Below the pieces are notes generated by a model. The model worked only from the letters and a program-made list of their open reading frames with translations, did no database searches and had not been told where the DNA came from. Below, piece after piece: positions 10,169-23,683 of a DNA stretch of 64,000 nt. A program made the position numbers and the translations under genes. Source of the stretch: Cetorhinus maximus (Eukaryota); contig NC_135901.1 of NCBI RefSeq assembly GCF_964194155.1, forward strand, positions 35,960,001 through 36,024,000. Reading direction: 5' to 3'. Position 1 is the first letter of the stretch; each line of letters starts with the position of its first letter.

Positions 10169-11095
10169 TGTTATGAATTCAATTCATCCTGCATCCCTGG
10201 GTGCTAACTGTGCAGATTGTAAAATTTAAAAGTACAGGATGTTCTAATGCTTGTTACGTTGGTTCCTGTCCAGTAACAAGGGTGGGACCCTCTGGGAGTG
10301 TTTTGATAGGTCACAGATCAGTTCAAGTGTCAGTGAACAGCTCTTCTTGAGGCAGTTATTTCCAGTAGTTGCCAGGCAACAGGTGGCACAGAGACAGGAA
10401 TGAGCTGACGTCCCAGTTAAATTGAGTTAAAATTTAGAGAAAAGACTGCAGGGGAGGAATTTAACTAAAGAGGGCTGTTGAAGCAAAGCAAAAAAACTCT
10501 TTGGGGCAATGGTGTTCTGCTTGGCACGGCCATAACTCTAAAACTGTGCTTGCAAGCTAGTGTTTGAATGTACTCAGGAATCCAGGGAGAAGGAATCTCG
10601 GAAAGAGAGACTGAAACTCTGTGAGGTGGGCCATTGTTAAAGCTGTATGAGTGGGAGTGACTTTTGGAGAGAATTCCAGGTGAGATCTTTGACACTGGAG
10701 ATTGGAAACCCTCTTGAGAAAGAGTAAGTTTCAGTGAGATTGGTTGACTCAATGTGGGACTAATGGCTGAGTGGATTGTAGAGAAATCCATGGAATCTCT
10801 TTTGGTTGCATCTGTCAATTACTCTGTAGTGTGGTGTGTCTCACCACAGTTCATCTGTTAATTCACATGTACCTCATACTTACCCTGAATGTTCGAGTGT
10901 CAGGTACAGATTGTAAATTGTTTTATCTTTCTGAACTTGTACAGTAAATTTTGTTTTATTGTTGTTCAAAACCCATGGAAACTTGTGGTTTTGTTCCAAA
11001 AGCAGGTGTCTTAAATCTCAACCTTCATCTACTTTAAACAAAATGTCATTGATCCCTCACCGGATCGCATATGTGTCTGGCCAAGAATCATAACA
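10169..11095. mobile_element. Solo LTR (Gypsy-like, 927 bp)
   Basis: Termini TGTTATGA...TCATAACA (8-bp inverted repeat) flanked by 4-bp TSD ATGG at 10165-10168 and 11096-11099. Confidence 0.8.
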
Positions 11096-11448
11096 ATGGA
11101 CATGGGATTCAGATCCACAGGAAAGAAGCCACACCAGCCGTTAACAGGATCCACACCAAATGATGAAGTCAAAACTAAGACACAGAGCCTTTTCTTGCTG
11201 AGATAGTTTGTTGACTTGGTTCACTGTCAACACTGCTCACCCACACCCAGTGTCCCAGCTATCCCCTACTTCATTGTGTTTAAATACCCATCACCTGTTT
11301 ACCTTAACAATCTCATTGACATTAACAAACCTTAACAATGTAACTGAGAAGGCATTCACACCAACCTCAGAGCCATGGAACTTTGCATAGATAACAAAGC
11401 ATAAAACCAAAATCTTTAAATTGTCGATGAATAGTCAAAAATACTCAC

Positions 11449-11500
11449 CTGTGAAACAATTTCAAGGTTCAACTTTAAACTCTCCTGCTGGAACCTGCAG
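11449..11500 (-). other. Candidate 52-nt non-coding exon
   Basis: Minus strand TCTTTCCAG| ... CACAG|GTGAGT; lies between promoter P2 and the ZNF at 6518. Confidence 0.35.
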
Positions 11501-11566
11501 CTGGAAAGATATCAGAAGCACTGGAGTCAGAAAAATATCCCAGTTGAGGAAATACCCGGGAAGCGG

Positions 11567-11640
11567 GATGATGTCATCGTGTAATTGTCGATGTGTGATG
11601 ATGTCACAGTGTAATTGTCGATGTGTGATGATGTCACACA
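11567..11640. repeat. ~29-bp tandem repeat (2.5 copies) with three TGATGTCA motifs
   Basis: GATGATGTCA(TC/CA)GTGTAATTGTCGATGTGT repeated. Confidence 0.8.
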
Positions 11641-11851
11641 CACGGACACAGAACATCTGAGTCTGTGCAAACCAGTGATCACCACACATTATGAAGGATG
11701 TGAGGGTCCTTAAGAGAATGTGGAGACTCACCAGAATGGGTCAAGGGATGGGAGATATGAGCTAGAAGGTTTTGTTCTCCTTCAAGCAAAGGAGATTGAG
11801 GGAAATTTGATCAAGGTGTACAAGATTATGATAGGTTTAGATAAGGTAGAC

Positions 11852-13600
11852 AGAATCACAAAGCGTGGAAGAGGCCCTTCGGTCCATCGAGTCTGCACCA
11901 ACACGTGAGAAACACCTGACCAACCTACCTAATCCCATTTACCAGCACTTGGCCCATAGCCTTGAATGTTATGACGTGTCAAGTGCTCATCCAGGTACTT
12001 TTCAAAAGGATGTGAAGCAGCCTGCCTCCACCACCCTCTCAGGCAGTGCATTCCAGACCGTCACCACCCTCTGGGTAAAAAAGTTTTTCCTCACATCCCC
12101 CCAAACCTCATGCCCCTCACCTTGAATTTGTGTCCCCTTGTGACTGACCCTTCAACTAAGGGGAACAGCTGCTCCCTATCCACCTGTCCATGCCCCTCAT
12201 AATCTTGTGCACCTCGATCAGGTCGCCCCTCAGTCTTCTCTGCTCCAACGAAAACAACCCAAGTCTATCCAACCTCTCTTCATAACTTAAATGTTTCATC
12301 CCAGGAAACATCCTGTTGAATCTGCTCTGCACTCCCTCCAGTGCAATCACATCCTTCCTATAATGTGGCGACCAGAAATGCACACAGTACTCCAGCTGTG
12401 GCCTCGCCATGGTTCTATACAACTCCAATGTGACCTCATTACTTTTGTAATCTATGCCTCGATTGATGAAGGCAAGTGTCCCATATGCCTTTTTCACCAC
12501 CCCACTAACATGTCTCTCTGCCTTCAGAGATCTATGGACACGTATGCCAAGGTCCCTTTGTTTCTCAGAACTTCCTGGTGTCATGCCGTTCATTGAATAT
12601 TTCCTTGTCAAATTACTCCTGCCAAAGTGTATCACCTCACACTTTTCAGGGTTAAATTCCATTTGCCACTTATCTGCCCATTTGACCATCCCGTCTATAT
12701 CTTCCTGTACCCAAGACACTCAACCTCACTGTCAACCACCCGGCCAATCTTTGTGTCATCCGCAAACTTACTAATCCTACTCCACACATGTCGTTTATAT
12801 AAATGACGAATAAGTGGGGACCAAGCACACATACCTGTGTTACGCCACTGGCTTCCAGCCACTAAAGCAGCCTTCTGTCATCACCCTCTGTCTCCTACAA
12901 CGAAGCCAATTTTGAATCCAACTTATCAAATTACCCTGTCTCCCATGTGTATTTGCCTTCTTTATAATTCTCCCATGTGGGACCTTGTCAAAGGCTTTGC
13001 TGAAATCCATATAAACTACATCAACCTCACTATCCTCATGTACAGACCTGGTCACCTCCTCAAAAAATTCAAACAAATTTGTTGGGTATGACCTCCCTCT
13101 GAGAAAGCCATGCTGACTTTCCCTGATCAAACCTTGCCTCTCCAAGTGGAGATGGATTCTCTGCTTCAAAATTTTCTCTAGTAGTTTCCCTGCCACTGAT
13201 GTTAAACTCACTGGTCTTTAGTTCCCTGGCTTATCTCTACAACCCTTCTTAAATAGCGGAACCACATTAGCTGATCTCCAGTCCTCTGGCACCTCCCCCA
13301 TGGCCAGAAGGGAATTGAAATTTTGGGTCAGAGCCCCTGTGATCTCCTCCCATGCCTCCCTCAGCAGTCTGGGATACAAATCATCCGGACGTAGAGATTT
13401 GTCCACTTTTGAGCCTGCCAACACCTCCAATATCTTGTCACTCCCTATGTCAATTTGCTCAACAGCCTCGCAGACTCTCTCCATGAGTTCCATACTTTCA
13501 TCCTCATTCCCTTGGGTGAAGACGGATTTGAAGTATTCGTTCAACACTCTAGCGATGTCCTCTGGCTCCACCCATAGATTGCCCCCTTGGTCCCTAATGG
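11852..13600 (-). mobile_element. CR1 LINE, 5'-truncated RT plus 3' end
   Basis: VPEDWRSANVVPLFKKG, QHGFLRGRS, VDVVYMDFSKAFDKVPH, KWQMEFNPEKC, LEQRRLRGDLIEV. Confidence 0.92.
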
Positions 13601-13999
13601 TAACGATAGTTAACGAAAACCTGTTCCCATTAACTGATTGTAAAATGATTACGGGACACAGATTAAAGATTTTGGGCAAGATCTGTAGGGGCATTGAGAG
13701 GAAGAAAATTTACACAGTGAGTGGTAATGACCTGGAACTCAATGATTACACTCAGAGGCCGATAATATCCAGGTCCTGAATTTCTATCCTGGGCTGACAG
13801 TGCCATGTTTGGGAAACGATTTATACAGAGCATTAGAAAAGGATGATGCAGGTCCTGATGAATCGAGTGACTCTGTCATATCTAAAAGTTATGATGGTCT
13901 TGACATTCCCGTCTGTAAATCCTCCCCTTCCAACCCCCTGTAAAAGGAGTTTCCAAAATCCATCCCTGTCAGTCCAGGATAGAAATGCACAACATTCTC

Positions 14000-14420
14000 T
14001 CCTCCTGGTACCTGGACAGGATGACCGCGCATGCGCCCTGCTGGACATTGCCCCCTATAAAGATGGCGGCCGTTACCCCGGGCCTGGCGAAGGGAGAAAT
14101 CCAAACCTTTTCGGCCTGTTCTCTGCAAACACAAGACCGGTACCTTGTTATTTGAGGTCTGCGGCCTGCACTGTGTCTTTATGAAGCCTCCCTGCCCATT
14201 CTTCTGGCTCCATTCCTCCTCACACACCCACTATCTGTTAGTTTGCTCTGTTCGACGTTCTCTCAACCGCTCTGAGCAGCTTGTCACAGACCAACACTGC
14301 GCATGCTCAAGAAACACCGCAATGCGCATGCCCAGTACACACCGTAATGCGCATGTGCAGGGAGCCTCTGTAGTGGCAATAGGGCACATTCTGTTCCCCT
14401 TTGCTGGGTAGCCCCGCTGC
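14000..14420 (-). promoter_or_regulatory. CpG-rich ZNF promoter cassette P2 (NRF1-rich type)
   Basis: AAGATGGCGGCC (YY1-type) ~14060-14071, GCGCATGCGC 14027-14036, three further TGCGCATG motifs at 14298-14358; head module at 13850-13940. Confidence 0.68.
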
Positions 14421-15741
14421 TATTGAAAGTTCATATTTCTGAATAGGAAATTATTATTTGTGATCCAGTGACGATTGGAGCCACAGGGCCAAGATAGAAC
14501 AATGTTTCTTTATATCACTTGACTTAATAAAGTGCACTGGTCTTCCGCCATAGTTCTGTGCCAGGTGTAATTAACAGCAGAACAAATCCCTAGTTAGATG
14601 TGAAATCACTGGAATCTCAGCAGGCCGTGTGAACAAGTGATTTTTCATTCCATACACAGAACATTTAAATTCTGTCGTCAGTAAGGATGTAACAAATCAG
14701 CTGGTGAATGATCATTTCACAGTGTGATTTTACCCATAAGTTTCCAGCTCACACAGGGATCTCAAACCCTTCGGATAATGAGTTCCACATTCTCAACAAT
14801 CTCCAGTTATCAAAAAGCGGGTGCTGTGAATCTGAAATTAAAATGGAAAATGCTGGAATTTTTTGCAGATCTGGTAGTACCGGTACAGTGAGGAATATAG
14901 CATCAGTGAACAGTCCTGAAAACTTAACTCTTCTCAATGCAGATGCACCTAGATGTGCTGAGTGTTCCTGGAACATTCTGCATTATCTCTGGTGAATGAA
15001 AATTGATCATGATTTACACATTAGATTTATTAGTGACTAACTTATATTTATTTCCATCCATTCATAAGTGGAAACATCTTCCACGTGTCCATCCTTTCAA
15101 ACCCTTTCACTATCTTAAAGTCCTCGGTCAGATCATCTCTCACTCTCTTCTCCAAACAAAACCTTTGCAAACTGTTGAATCTTTGTTGATTGATATCACT
15201 TTCCAATTCTGGCATCATTCCATTAAACTGTTTTGCACCTTCCCCAGTGCTTCTCGATCCAATTTAACATATGGAGACAGCGCTAATCTGAGCACCAACA
15301 TCACTATTGCCCCAAATTCCTGTATGTTGGAAGGGTCAGTATGGCAGTGGGAGAGAGCACTGTGGTTTCGAGCTATTATTCATCATCCTCTATTTGAGAG
15401 ATTATCTCACTAGAATATTTGGACACTAAGGGAATCAATGGATATGGGAATGGGGCGAGAAAGTGGAGTTGAGCTGAAAGATCATTTAATGGTGGAACAG
15501 GCTCAAAGAGCCATATGGTCCACCCCAGCTCCTATTTCTTGTTTTCTTATGAACATCACTGTGAATCATTTCCATACAAGCACAGCAGATGCAGCACCCG
15601 CCCTTCACCTCTTCCCTTCCCACATTCCAGGTCCACAAACACACTTTCCAGGTGACACAATGAAAAAGGTCAGCGACCTGAAACATTCCGTCCGCTTGGT
15701 CAACATGAAACTAAACTTACGATTAATTCCTCCTCAGTAAC

Positions 15742-18648
15742 AGGGAGTGAATCAATAGCACCACTACTGACCAAGCTGGTCGATTCCTAAAGAACATAGC
15801 TGCCAGACTGGGTCTGTGGCAAGTCGTGAGAGAGTCTTCAAGATGGAAGAACATACTTGAGCTCATCCTCACTACTCCGTCTGCTGCAGACGCACCTGTC
15901 CATGACAGCATCATGAGGAATCACCTCCTTCACAGTCATTGTGGAGACGAAGTCCCATCTTCACATTGAGGATACCCTCCATCATATGGTGTGGCATTAC
16001 CATCGTCCGAAATAGCATAGATTTCGAGCAGATCTAGAAACTCAAGGCTGGGCATCCATGGGGCGTTATGGGCCATCGGTAACAGCAGAATTGCACTCAA
16101 CCGCAATCTGTAACCTTATGGCCCAGCATAACCGCCCCCCCCCCAACTCTACCAGTACCATCAAGCCAGGGGATCAACCCTGGTTCAATGAAGAGTGCAG
16201 GAGGGCATGCCAGAAGCAGCATCTGGCATACACAAAAATGAGATGTCAACCTGGTGAAGTTACAACATAGGACTACTTGCAGGCCAAACAGTGTAAACGG
16301 CATGTGACAGACAGAGGTAAGTGATTCCACAACCAATGGATCAGATCTAAGCTCTGCAGTCCTGCCACACCGTCATGAATGGTGGTGGACAATTAAACAA
16401 CTCACTAGAGGAGGAGGCTCCACAAATATCCCCATCTTCAATAGTACTGAAAACTTGGACTCCAGAACTCGCTGCACCCATAGCCATGCTGTTCCAGTAC
16501 AGCTACAACACTGGCATCTCCCCAGCAATGTGGAAAATGGCCTGGGTATGTCCTGTACACATAAGGCATGATAAACCCAATCGGACCAATTACTGCCCTA
16601 TCATTCTACTCTCGATCATCAACAAAGTAATGGAAGAGGTCTTCAACAGTGCAATCAAGCAGAACTTGCTTAGCAATAATCTGGTCACTGGTGCTCAATT
16701 TGGGTTCTGCCAGGATCACTCAGCTCCTGACCTCATTACAGCCTTCGTTCAAACATGGACAAAACAGTTGAACTCCAGACATAAGGTCAGAGTAACTGCC
16801 CTTGACATCAAGGCAGCATTTGGCCGAATGTGGCGTCAAAGAGCCCTAGCAAAACTGGGGTCAATGGAAATGAGGGGGGAAACTCTCCATTGGTTTGAGT
16901 CCTGGGTTCTGGTTGTTGGAGGTCAATCATCTCAACTCAGGACATCACTGCAGGAGTTCCTCAGGATAGTGTCCTAGGCCCAACCATCATCAGCTGCTTC
17001 ATCAATGACCTCCCTTCCATCATAAGGTCAGAAGTGGGGATGTTCACTGATGATTGCACAATATTCAGCACCATTCGTGACTGCTCAGGTACTGAAACGA
17101 TCCATGTCCAAATGTACCAAGACCTGGAAAAACTTGGCGGATGGAATATAATTTGGGAATATGTGAGGTTATGCTATTTGACGGGAAGGATAGAGGAGCT
17201 GAATATTATTTAAGTGGAGAAAGACTGCAGAAGGCTGCAGCACAGAGGGATTTGGGAGTCCTTGTGCATGAATCCCAAAAAGCTAACATCCAAGTTCAGC
17301 AGGTAATAGGGAAGGACAATGGAATGTTGGTCTTTATTTCAAAGGGAATGGAGTATAAAAATAGGGAAGTCTTGCCAAAACTATATAAGGCAGCATTTAG
17401 ACCGCCCTGAGAATACTGTGAACAATTTTGGTCCCCTTATCTAAGGAAAGATATGCTGGCATTGGAGGCAGTCCAGAGAAGATTCATTCTATTGATCCCG
17501 GGTATGGAGGGATTTTCTTTTGAGGAGAGGTTGAGTAGGTTGGGCCTGAACTCATTGGAGGTAAGAAGAATGAGAGGCGACCTTATTGAAACATATAAGA
17601 TTCTTCGGGAGCCTGACAGGGTAGATGCTGAGAGGTTGTTTCCCTTTGTGAGAGAGTCTAGGACTAGAGGGCATAATCTCAGAGTAAGGGGGTGCCCATT
17701 TAAAAAATATATGAGGCAGAATTTCTTCTCTCACAGGGTAGTGAATCTGTGGAATTCTTTACCACAGAGGGCTGTAGAGGCTGGGTCGTTAATCATATTC
17801 AAGGCTGAGATAGACAGATTTTTAATCAATAAGGGAATCAAGGGTTATGGGGACAAGGAAGGGAAGTGGAATTGAGGATTATCAGATCAGCCATGATCTC
17901 ATTGAATGGTGGAGCAGAATCTATGGGCCAAATGGCCTTCTTCTGCTCCTCCATCTTATGGTCTTATGAACAATACCCAGGCTTGGTCTGGCAAGTGGCA
18001 ACTAACATTCACGTCACATAAGTGACAAGCTATGGCTATCTCCAACAAGGGAGAAGCTAACTAAATCCCCTTGACATTCAATGGTATTACTACCATTTAA
18101 TCTCCCATTATCAACATCCTGGGGTTACCATTTACCAGAAACTGAATTGGACCAGCCATATACATATTCTGGCTACGAGAGCTGGTCAGAGGCGAGGAAT
18201 CCTGCGGCGAATATCTCACCTCCTGACTCCCCAAAGCCTGTCCACAATCTACAAGGCACAATTCAGGAGTGCGAAGGAACACTGTCTACTTGCTAGGATC
18301 AGTGCAGCTCCAAAAACACTCAAGAGCTCGACACCATCCAGGACAAAGCAATGCACTGGATTGGCACCACATCCACAAACATTCACTCCCTCCATCACTA
18401 ACACACAGTCGCAGCCAGTGTGTACCATCTACAAGATGCACTGCAGAAACTCACCAAGGTTCCTTAGGCAGCACCTTCCAAACCCACGACCACTACTATC
18501 TAGAAGGACAAGGGCAGCAGATAGACGGGAACACCACCACCTGGAAGTCACTCGCCATCCTGGCTTGGAAATATCGCCGTTCCTTCACTGTCACTGGGTC
18601 AAAATCCTTAAACTTCCCACAGCATCTCATGAATGAATTTTTAAAAAT
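15742..18648 (+). mobile_element. LINE family A copy (endonuclease remnant, RT, 3' end) interrupted by a CR1
   Basis: IKPGDQPWFNEECRRAC, ORF 16375..16977, 3' end at 17971-18648; empty site CAGTAACAATTGTAAAC seen at 34122-34138 and 46233-46252. Confidence 0.85.
17129..17970 (+). mobile_element. CR1 LINE 3' fragment nested in LINE-A
   Basis: QRDLGVLVHESQK, LEAVQRRF, RRMRGDLIETYKIL, VNLWNSLPQRAVEA; ends in TCTTATGGTCTTATG; splits host GACCTGGA|CAATA. Confidence 0.88.
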
Positions 18649-18663
18649 CAATTGTAAACACAA

Positions 18664-18735
18664 AGCTTCCAGCCGGGATTGAACCGGGGACTTTCTCATG
18701 TAAAGTAAAGGTGATAATCAGTGCACTGGGGAAAT
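18664..18735 (-). pseudogene. tRNA-Val(TAC)-derived pseudogene, copy 2
   Basis: Same relic as 491-562; TAC at the anticodon position; B-box GGTTCAATCCC. Confidence 0.8.
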
Positions 18736-18869
18736 GAGTGTGAATCCCCCCCGGACAGAGGGGAACTGACCATCCATCTCTAGCTCTAATTCCCAAACAG
18801 AAAATGCTGCCAAGAATCAGCAAGTCAGGCTGAGTCTGTGGCCGCTCTCACCATCTGAAACCGTCACAA

Positions 18870-19265
18870 TGCCCGGCTGATTGACGGCAGCTCTGGACCA
18901 ATTTGAAGAGGGGGCGGGACTGGAGGAACGAGCGGGAGCGGCTGGTCCTCCAACCAATCGGAGTGAATGAGGGGCGGGGTTCAAGAGCGACGCCACGCGC
19001 AGGCGCAGTGTCATTGTACCTGAAGCCCGGTGAGTGCGGGAGCTGAAGGAGGAAGGAGGCGGGAAAGGGTGAGTGACAGCAGGAGAGAAATGGAGTCAGT
19101 GCGGACTGGGAGGTTTCATAAACACCAACGTAGGACTCAAGACTCGAATTAGAAACTCCCAGTCCCGCGTTTGCACCAAATCGGCAACAGCTGGGGGTAA
19201 GGGCGCCATCTTTATAGGGGGCAATGTGCAGCAGGGCGCATGCGCGGTCATCCTGGTCCATGTAA
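18870..19265 (+). promoter_or_regulatory. CpG-rich ZNF promoter cassette P3
   Basis: Two CCAAT boxes, two GC boxes, GCGCAGGCGC, donor-like GTGAGT at 19030 and 19069, CGCCATCTT ~19204, GCGCATGCGC ~19237. Confidence 0.7.
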
Positions 19266-20507
19266 CAGGAGGAGAGGATGTTGTGAATTTCTATCCTGGA
19301 CTGACAGGGATGGATTTTGGAAACTCCTTTTACAGGGGGTGAGAAGGGGAGGATTTACACACAGCAAACTCAAACCAAGAGAAATGTTTGTCTCTTCTCT
19401 ATTTCTTTCCTGGCCTGACAGTAATGCCTTTGAATACTTTTTTGCAGGATATTCCATCAGGATTCTCAGACGGGACACACACTAAACATCACAGCTAAGT
19501 GGCACTTAATCACTCCATTCATCAGGACGTGGATATTATCGGCTTCTGAGTGTAAGTGTTGAGTTCCAGGTCATTACCACTCACTGTGTAAAATTTCTTC
19601 TTCACATTCCCCCTCTAGATCTTGCACCAAATCTTAAAACTGTGTCTTGTAATCCTTTTACTAACAGCTATTGTGAATGGCTTTTCTTTATCTACCTTAT
19701 GTGAACCTATCATTAAGTTGCACACCTCCATCAAATCTCCCTTCAACCTAAGATAAAAGAAAAACACTACGGATGCTGGAAATCTGAAACAAAAACAGAG
19801 AGCAGAAGAGTCATCCGGACTCAAAACGTTAATTGTGTCTTTCTCTCCACAGATGCTGTTAGACCTGCTGAGTTTTTCCAACATTTGCTGTTTTTGCTCC
19901 CTTCAACCAACTTGGCTTCAAGGAGAACCACCCCAGTTTCTCCAACCAGGGTATCAGGAGTGTGCACCATCTATAAGATGCATTGCAGCAACACACCAAG
20001 GCTCCTTCAGCAGCACCTTCCAAACCCGTAACTTCTAACACCGAGAAGGACAAGGGCAGCAGACACATGGGAACACCACCACCTGCAAGCTCCTCTCCAA
20101 GTCATACACCATCCTGACTAGGAACTATATCGCCGTATGTCTCGGGGTGGGGTAACTTGGAGGTAATGATATTCACGTGTACCAGCTACCCTGGTCCTGC
20201 TAAGTGGTGGAGGTTGAGGGTTCCCCCATCGCGCTGTCTCTCTTTCTCTCTCTCTCTCTCTCTTGATCAGCTTTAACGTTCCACTTTCTCCTAGTGCCGA
20301 CCTCACAAATTATTCATTAGCTTGGTTTCACAACCTGCCTTTGTATTTTTGTGGGTTCTCTCTCACTCCCTTTTTTCTGTTTTAAATTAATTTCACAGGG
20401 TGTTGGAAGGGGAGTATTTACAGTCAGGAAACTGAAACCAAACATCACACCAGGATCTGACAGAGTCGCCCAATGCATTGTAACCTGAATATCATTAGAT
20501 TTTGAAC

Positions 20508-21365
20508 ATGGAAGGAAAAAGCACCATTCCCACTGGGAAGAAACTGTGGAAATGTGGGGACTGTGGGAATGGATTCAGTTACCCATCCCAGCTGGAAACT
20601 CATCGGCGAACTCACACAGGGGAGAGACTGTTCACCTGCTCCGAGTGTGGGAAGGGATTCACTCGGTCATCCCACCTGCTGACACACCAGCGATTTCACA
20701 CTGGTGAGAGGCCGTTCTCCTGTTCCAAGTGTGGGAAGGGATTTACTGTTTTATCCACCCTGCAGAGACACCAGCGTGTTCACACTGATAAAAGACCTTT
20801 TAAATGCTCAGCGTGTGGAAAGTGTTATAAAAGCTCTCAGGAACTAATGTCCCATCAACGTGTTCACACTGATGAGAGACCGTTCAGGTGCTCTCACTGC
20901 GGGACTGGGTTCAAGACCTCATATTACCTCAATGTGCATCAGCGCAGTCACACTGGGGAGAGACCGTTCACCTGCTCCAAGTATGGGATGGCATTCACCC
21001 AGTATTCCAGCCTTCTGAGACACCAGCGAGTTCACACTGGGGAGAGACCATTCGCCTGCTCTAAGTGTGGGAAGGGATTCAGTCAGTTATCCACCCTGCA
21101 GAAACACCAGCGAGTTCACACCGGGGAGAAGCCATTCTCCTGCTCCGAGTGTGGAATGCGATTCAGTAGTTCAACCACCCTGCTAATACACCAGCGAGTT
21201 CACACTGACGAGAGACCTTTTCAATGCCCAGACTGTGGGAAGAGCTTTAAACGTTCCCAGGAACTGATGTCCCATCAACGTGTTCACACGAACGAGAGAC
21301 CGTTCAGGGGCTCTCAGTGCGGGACTGGGTTCAGGTGGTCATCTCAACTCTCGGAACATCAGTGA
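20508..21365 (+). CDS. C2H2 zinc-finger protein, prematurely truncated (285 aa, 8 intact fingers); ancestral frame ran to 21702
   Basis: [19 protein letters not shown]; TGA at 21363 replaces CGA in HQRVH; about four more fingers follow with one frameshift (~21522); fingers 6 and 10 each lack a Cys. Confidence 0.7.
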   Translation: MEGKSTIPTGKKLWKCGDCGNGFSYPSQLETHRRTHTGERLFTCSECGKGFTRSSHLLTHQRFHTGERPFSCSKCGKGFTVLSTLQRHQRVHTDKRPFKCSACGKCYKSSQELMSHQRVHTDERPFRCSHCGTGFKTSYYLNVHQRSHTGERPFTCSKYGMAFTQYSSLLRHQRVHTGERPFACSKCGKGFSQLSTLQKHQRVHTGEKPFSCSECGMRFSSSTTLLIHQRVHTDERPFQCPDCGKSFKRSQELMSHQRVHTNERPFRGSQCGTGFRWSSQLSEHQ

Positions 21366-21519
21366 GTTCACACTGGGGAGAGGCTGTTCACCTGCTACAA
21401 ATGTGGGAAGAGATTCACTCATTCATCCAACCTGCGGAAACACCAGCAAGTTCACACTGACAAGAGACCTTTTAAATGCCCAGACTGTGGGAAGTGCTAT
21501 AAAAGTTTGAGGGAACTGA

Positions 21520-21699
<180 letters not shown>

Positions 21700-21899
21700 T
21701 AACTACAGTGATGGGATTTTGCTGTTAATCACATCCAGGAATGAACCAGGTTCATTGGAGTCTGTTTCTGCTGATGTTAATAAACTCCAACCCAGTTATA
21801 GGGGCTATTATTATCAGAAATATAGCCAAATTCATCAGCTTTGTGTTAAATCCATTCTGTCAAATATTTTTAATATCTCTAACGTAAGTTAGTTCCTTT

Positions 21900-23355
21900 T
21901 GAAGGACTCTCCCTCTCCCCTGTCTCCTCCATCCTCACCTCCAACAACAGGTGTAAGGAACTCATGGAGCTTCTTTGTCACTAGGATTGAGACAATCCGA
22001 TCAGCTGTCTCTGCTGCTTCCCTCTCTTCCATTAGCCCAACGGGACAAACTGTCTCTGAAGTTCCCCTTTGTCTGAGCCCTGAACCCACATCTTTCCTCA
22101 CGCCCTCTTGATCCTATTCTCACTAAACTGCTGACCATCCAATTTCTCCATCTTAGCTGATATTGTTAATGGTTCTCTCTCTCTTTTGGTACTGACCCTC
22201 TCACCTTTAAAACCACCATCCTCACCCATTCTAAAAAAAGCAAATTTTGACCCAACCATCTTTGGAAACTACCGCCCCATCACCGACCTCCCTTTCCTCT
22301 CCAAAGTCCTTGTACTTGGTGTCCCCCAAGGATCTATCCTTGGCCCCTCCTATTTCTCATCTACATGCTGCCACTCGGTGACATCATCCAAAAACACCGT
22401 GTTAGTTTTCACATGTACACTGACAACACCCAGCTCTACCTCACCACCATCCCTCTCCATTCCTCCACTGTTACTAAATTATCAAACTGCTTATCCCACA
22501 TCCAGTACTGGATGAGCAGAAATTTCCTCCAGTTAAAAATTGGGAAGACCAAAGCCATTGTCTTCAGTCACCACTACAAATTCTGTTCCCTATCTACCAA
22601 GTCCATCCCTCTCCCTGGGAACTGTCTGAGGCTGAACCACACTGTTCACAATCTCGGTGTCATATTTGACCACAGGAGTTTCTGACCACATATCCACACC
22701 ATCACTAACACCAGGTATTTCAATCTCCATAATGTCGCCTGACTCCACCTAACCCCAGCTCATCTGCTGAAACTTTTATCCATTTCCATGTCACCTTTAG
22801 ACTTGACGATTCCATTACATTCCTGACCAGCTTCTCACATTCAACCCGTCCCCCACACAGAAACGTGGGATCATCCAAAACTCTGCTGTCCATGAGCTTT
22901 CTCACATCAAGTCCCCATCACCCCTGCACTCACTGACCTACATTGGCTCCTGGTCAAGCAGTGCCTTAATTTTAAAGTTCATAGCCTTGTTTACAAATCC
23001 CTCCATGGCCTCGTCCCTCCCTATCTCTTTAATCTCCAGTCACTCACCCTCTGAGATATCTGTGCTCCTCTCATTCTGGCCTCTTGAACATTCCTGATTT
23101 TAATTACTGCACCATTGGTGGCCGTGCCTCGGTGTGAAACCCTGAAATTCCCCCCCTAAACCTCTCCACCCCCTCCAGCTCTCTCTCCTGATTTAAGATG
23201 CTGGTTAAAATCTGCCTCTCCAATCAAGGTTTTGTCCATTTACTCTAATATCTCGCTTTGTGACTCTGTGTCAATTTTTTTCTTTATGAAACTCCTGTGA
23301 AGAACTTTGGAACATTTTATTACATTAAACGTGTTTTATAAATACAAGTTGTTGC
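21900..23355 (+). mobile_element. L2-type LINE, internally deleted RT plus 3' end
   Basis: [51 protein letters not shown]; ends ATAAATACAAGTTGTTG. Confidence 0.85.
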
Positions 23356-23359
23356 TGTT

Positions 23360-23492
23360 TCATGACAGCCAGTTTGTGCACAGTAAGATTCCACAAACAA
23401 CAATAAGACTAACTGATTAATCCAGGTTTTTTTTGGTGGTGTTAGTTAAAGCACGAATGTTGGTCCCATTGCACCAGCAGAACTCCCCTGTG
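23360..23492 (-). mobile_element. Deu-domain SINE fragment (SacSINE1/AmnSINE1-like)
   Basis: Minus strand CAGGGGAGTTCT..AACACCACCAAAAA..TTGTTGTTTGTGGAATCTTACTGTGCACAAACTGGCTG resembles the Deu domain as I recall it; copy at 41075-41200(+). Confidence 0.55.
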
Positions 23493-23683
23493 GACAGGAT
23501 GTGGAGTAGTTGAGCTCTCCTGAGCTGAGAGTGGAGCTGATTGAGCTGTTTGGCCTGTAGTGTACCTTGAAGAACAGCTGTCTTTTACCTACATCTAACC
23601 CATTCGAAATCCATGAAGTTTATGCATTCAAACAAAACAATAAATTATTCTCTCTTCATCAGTTCCACAGTGAGTGAAACAGG

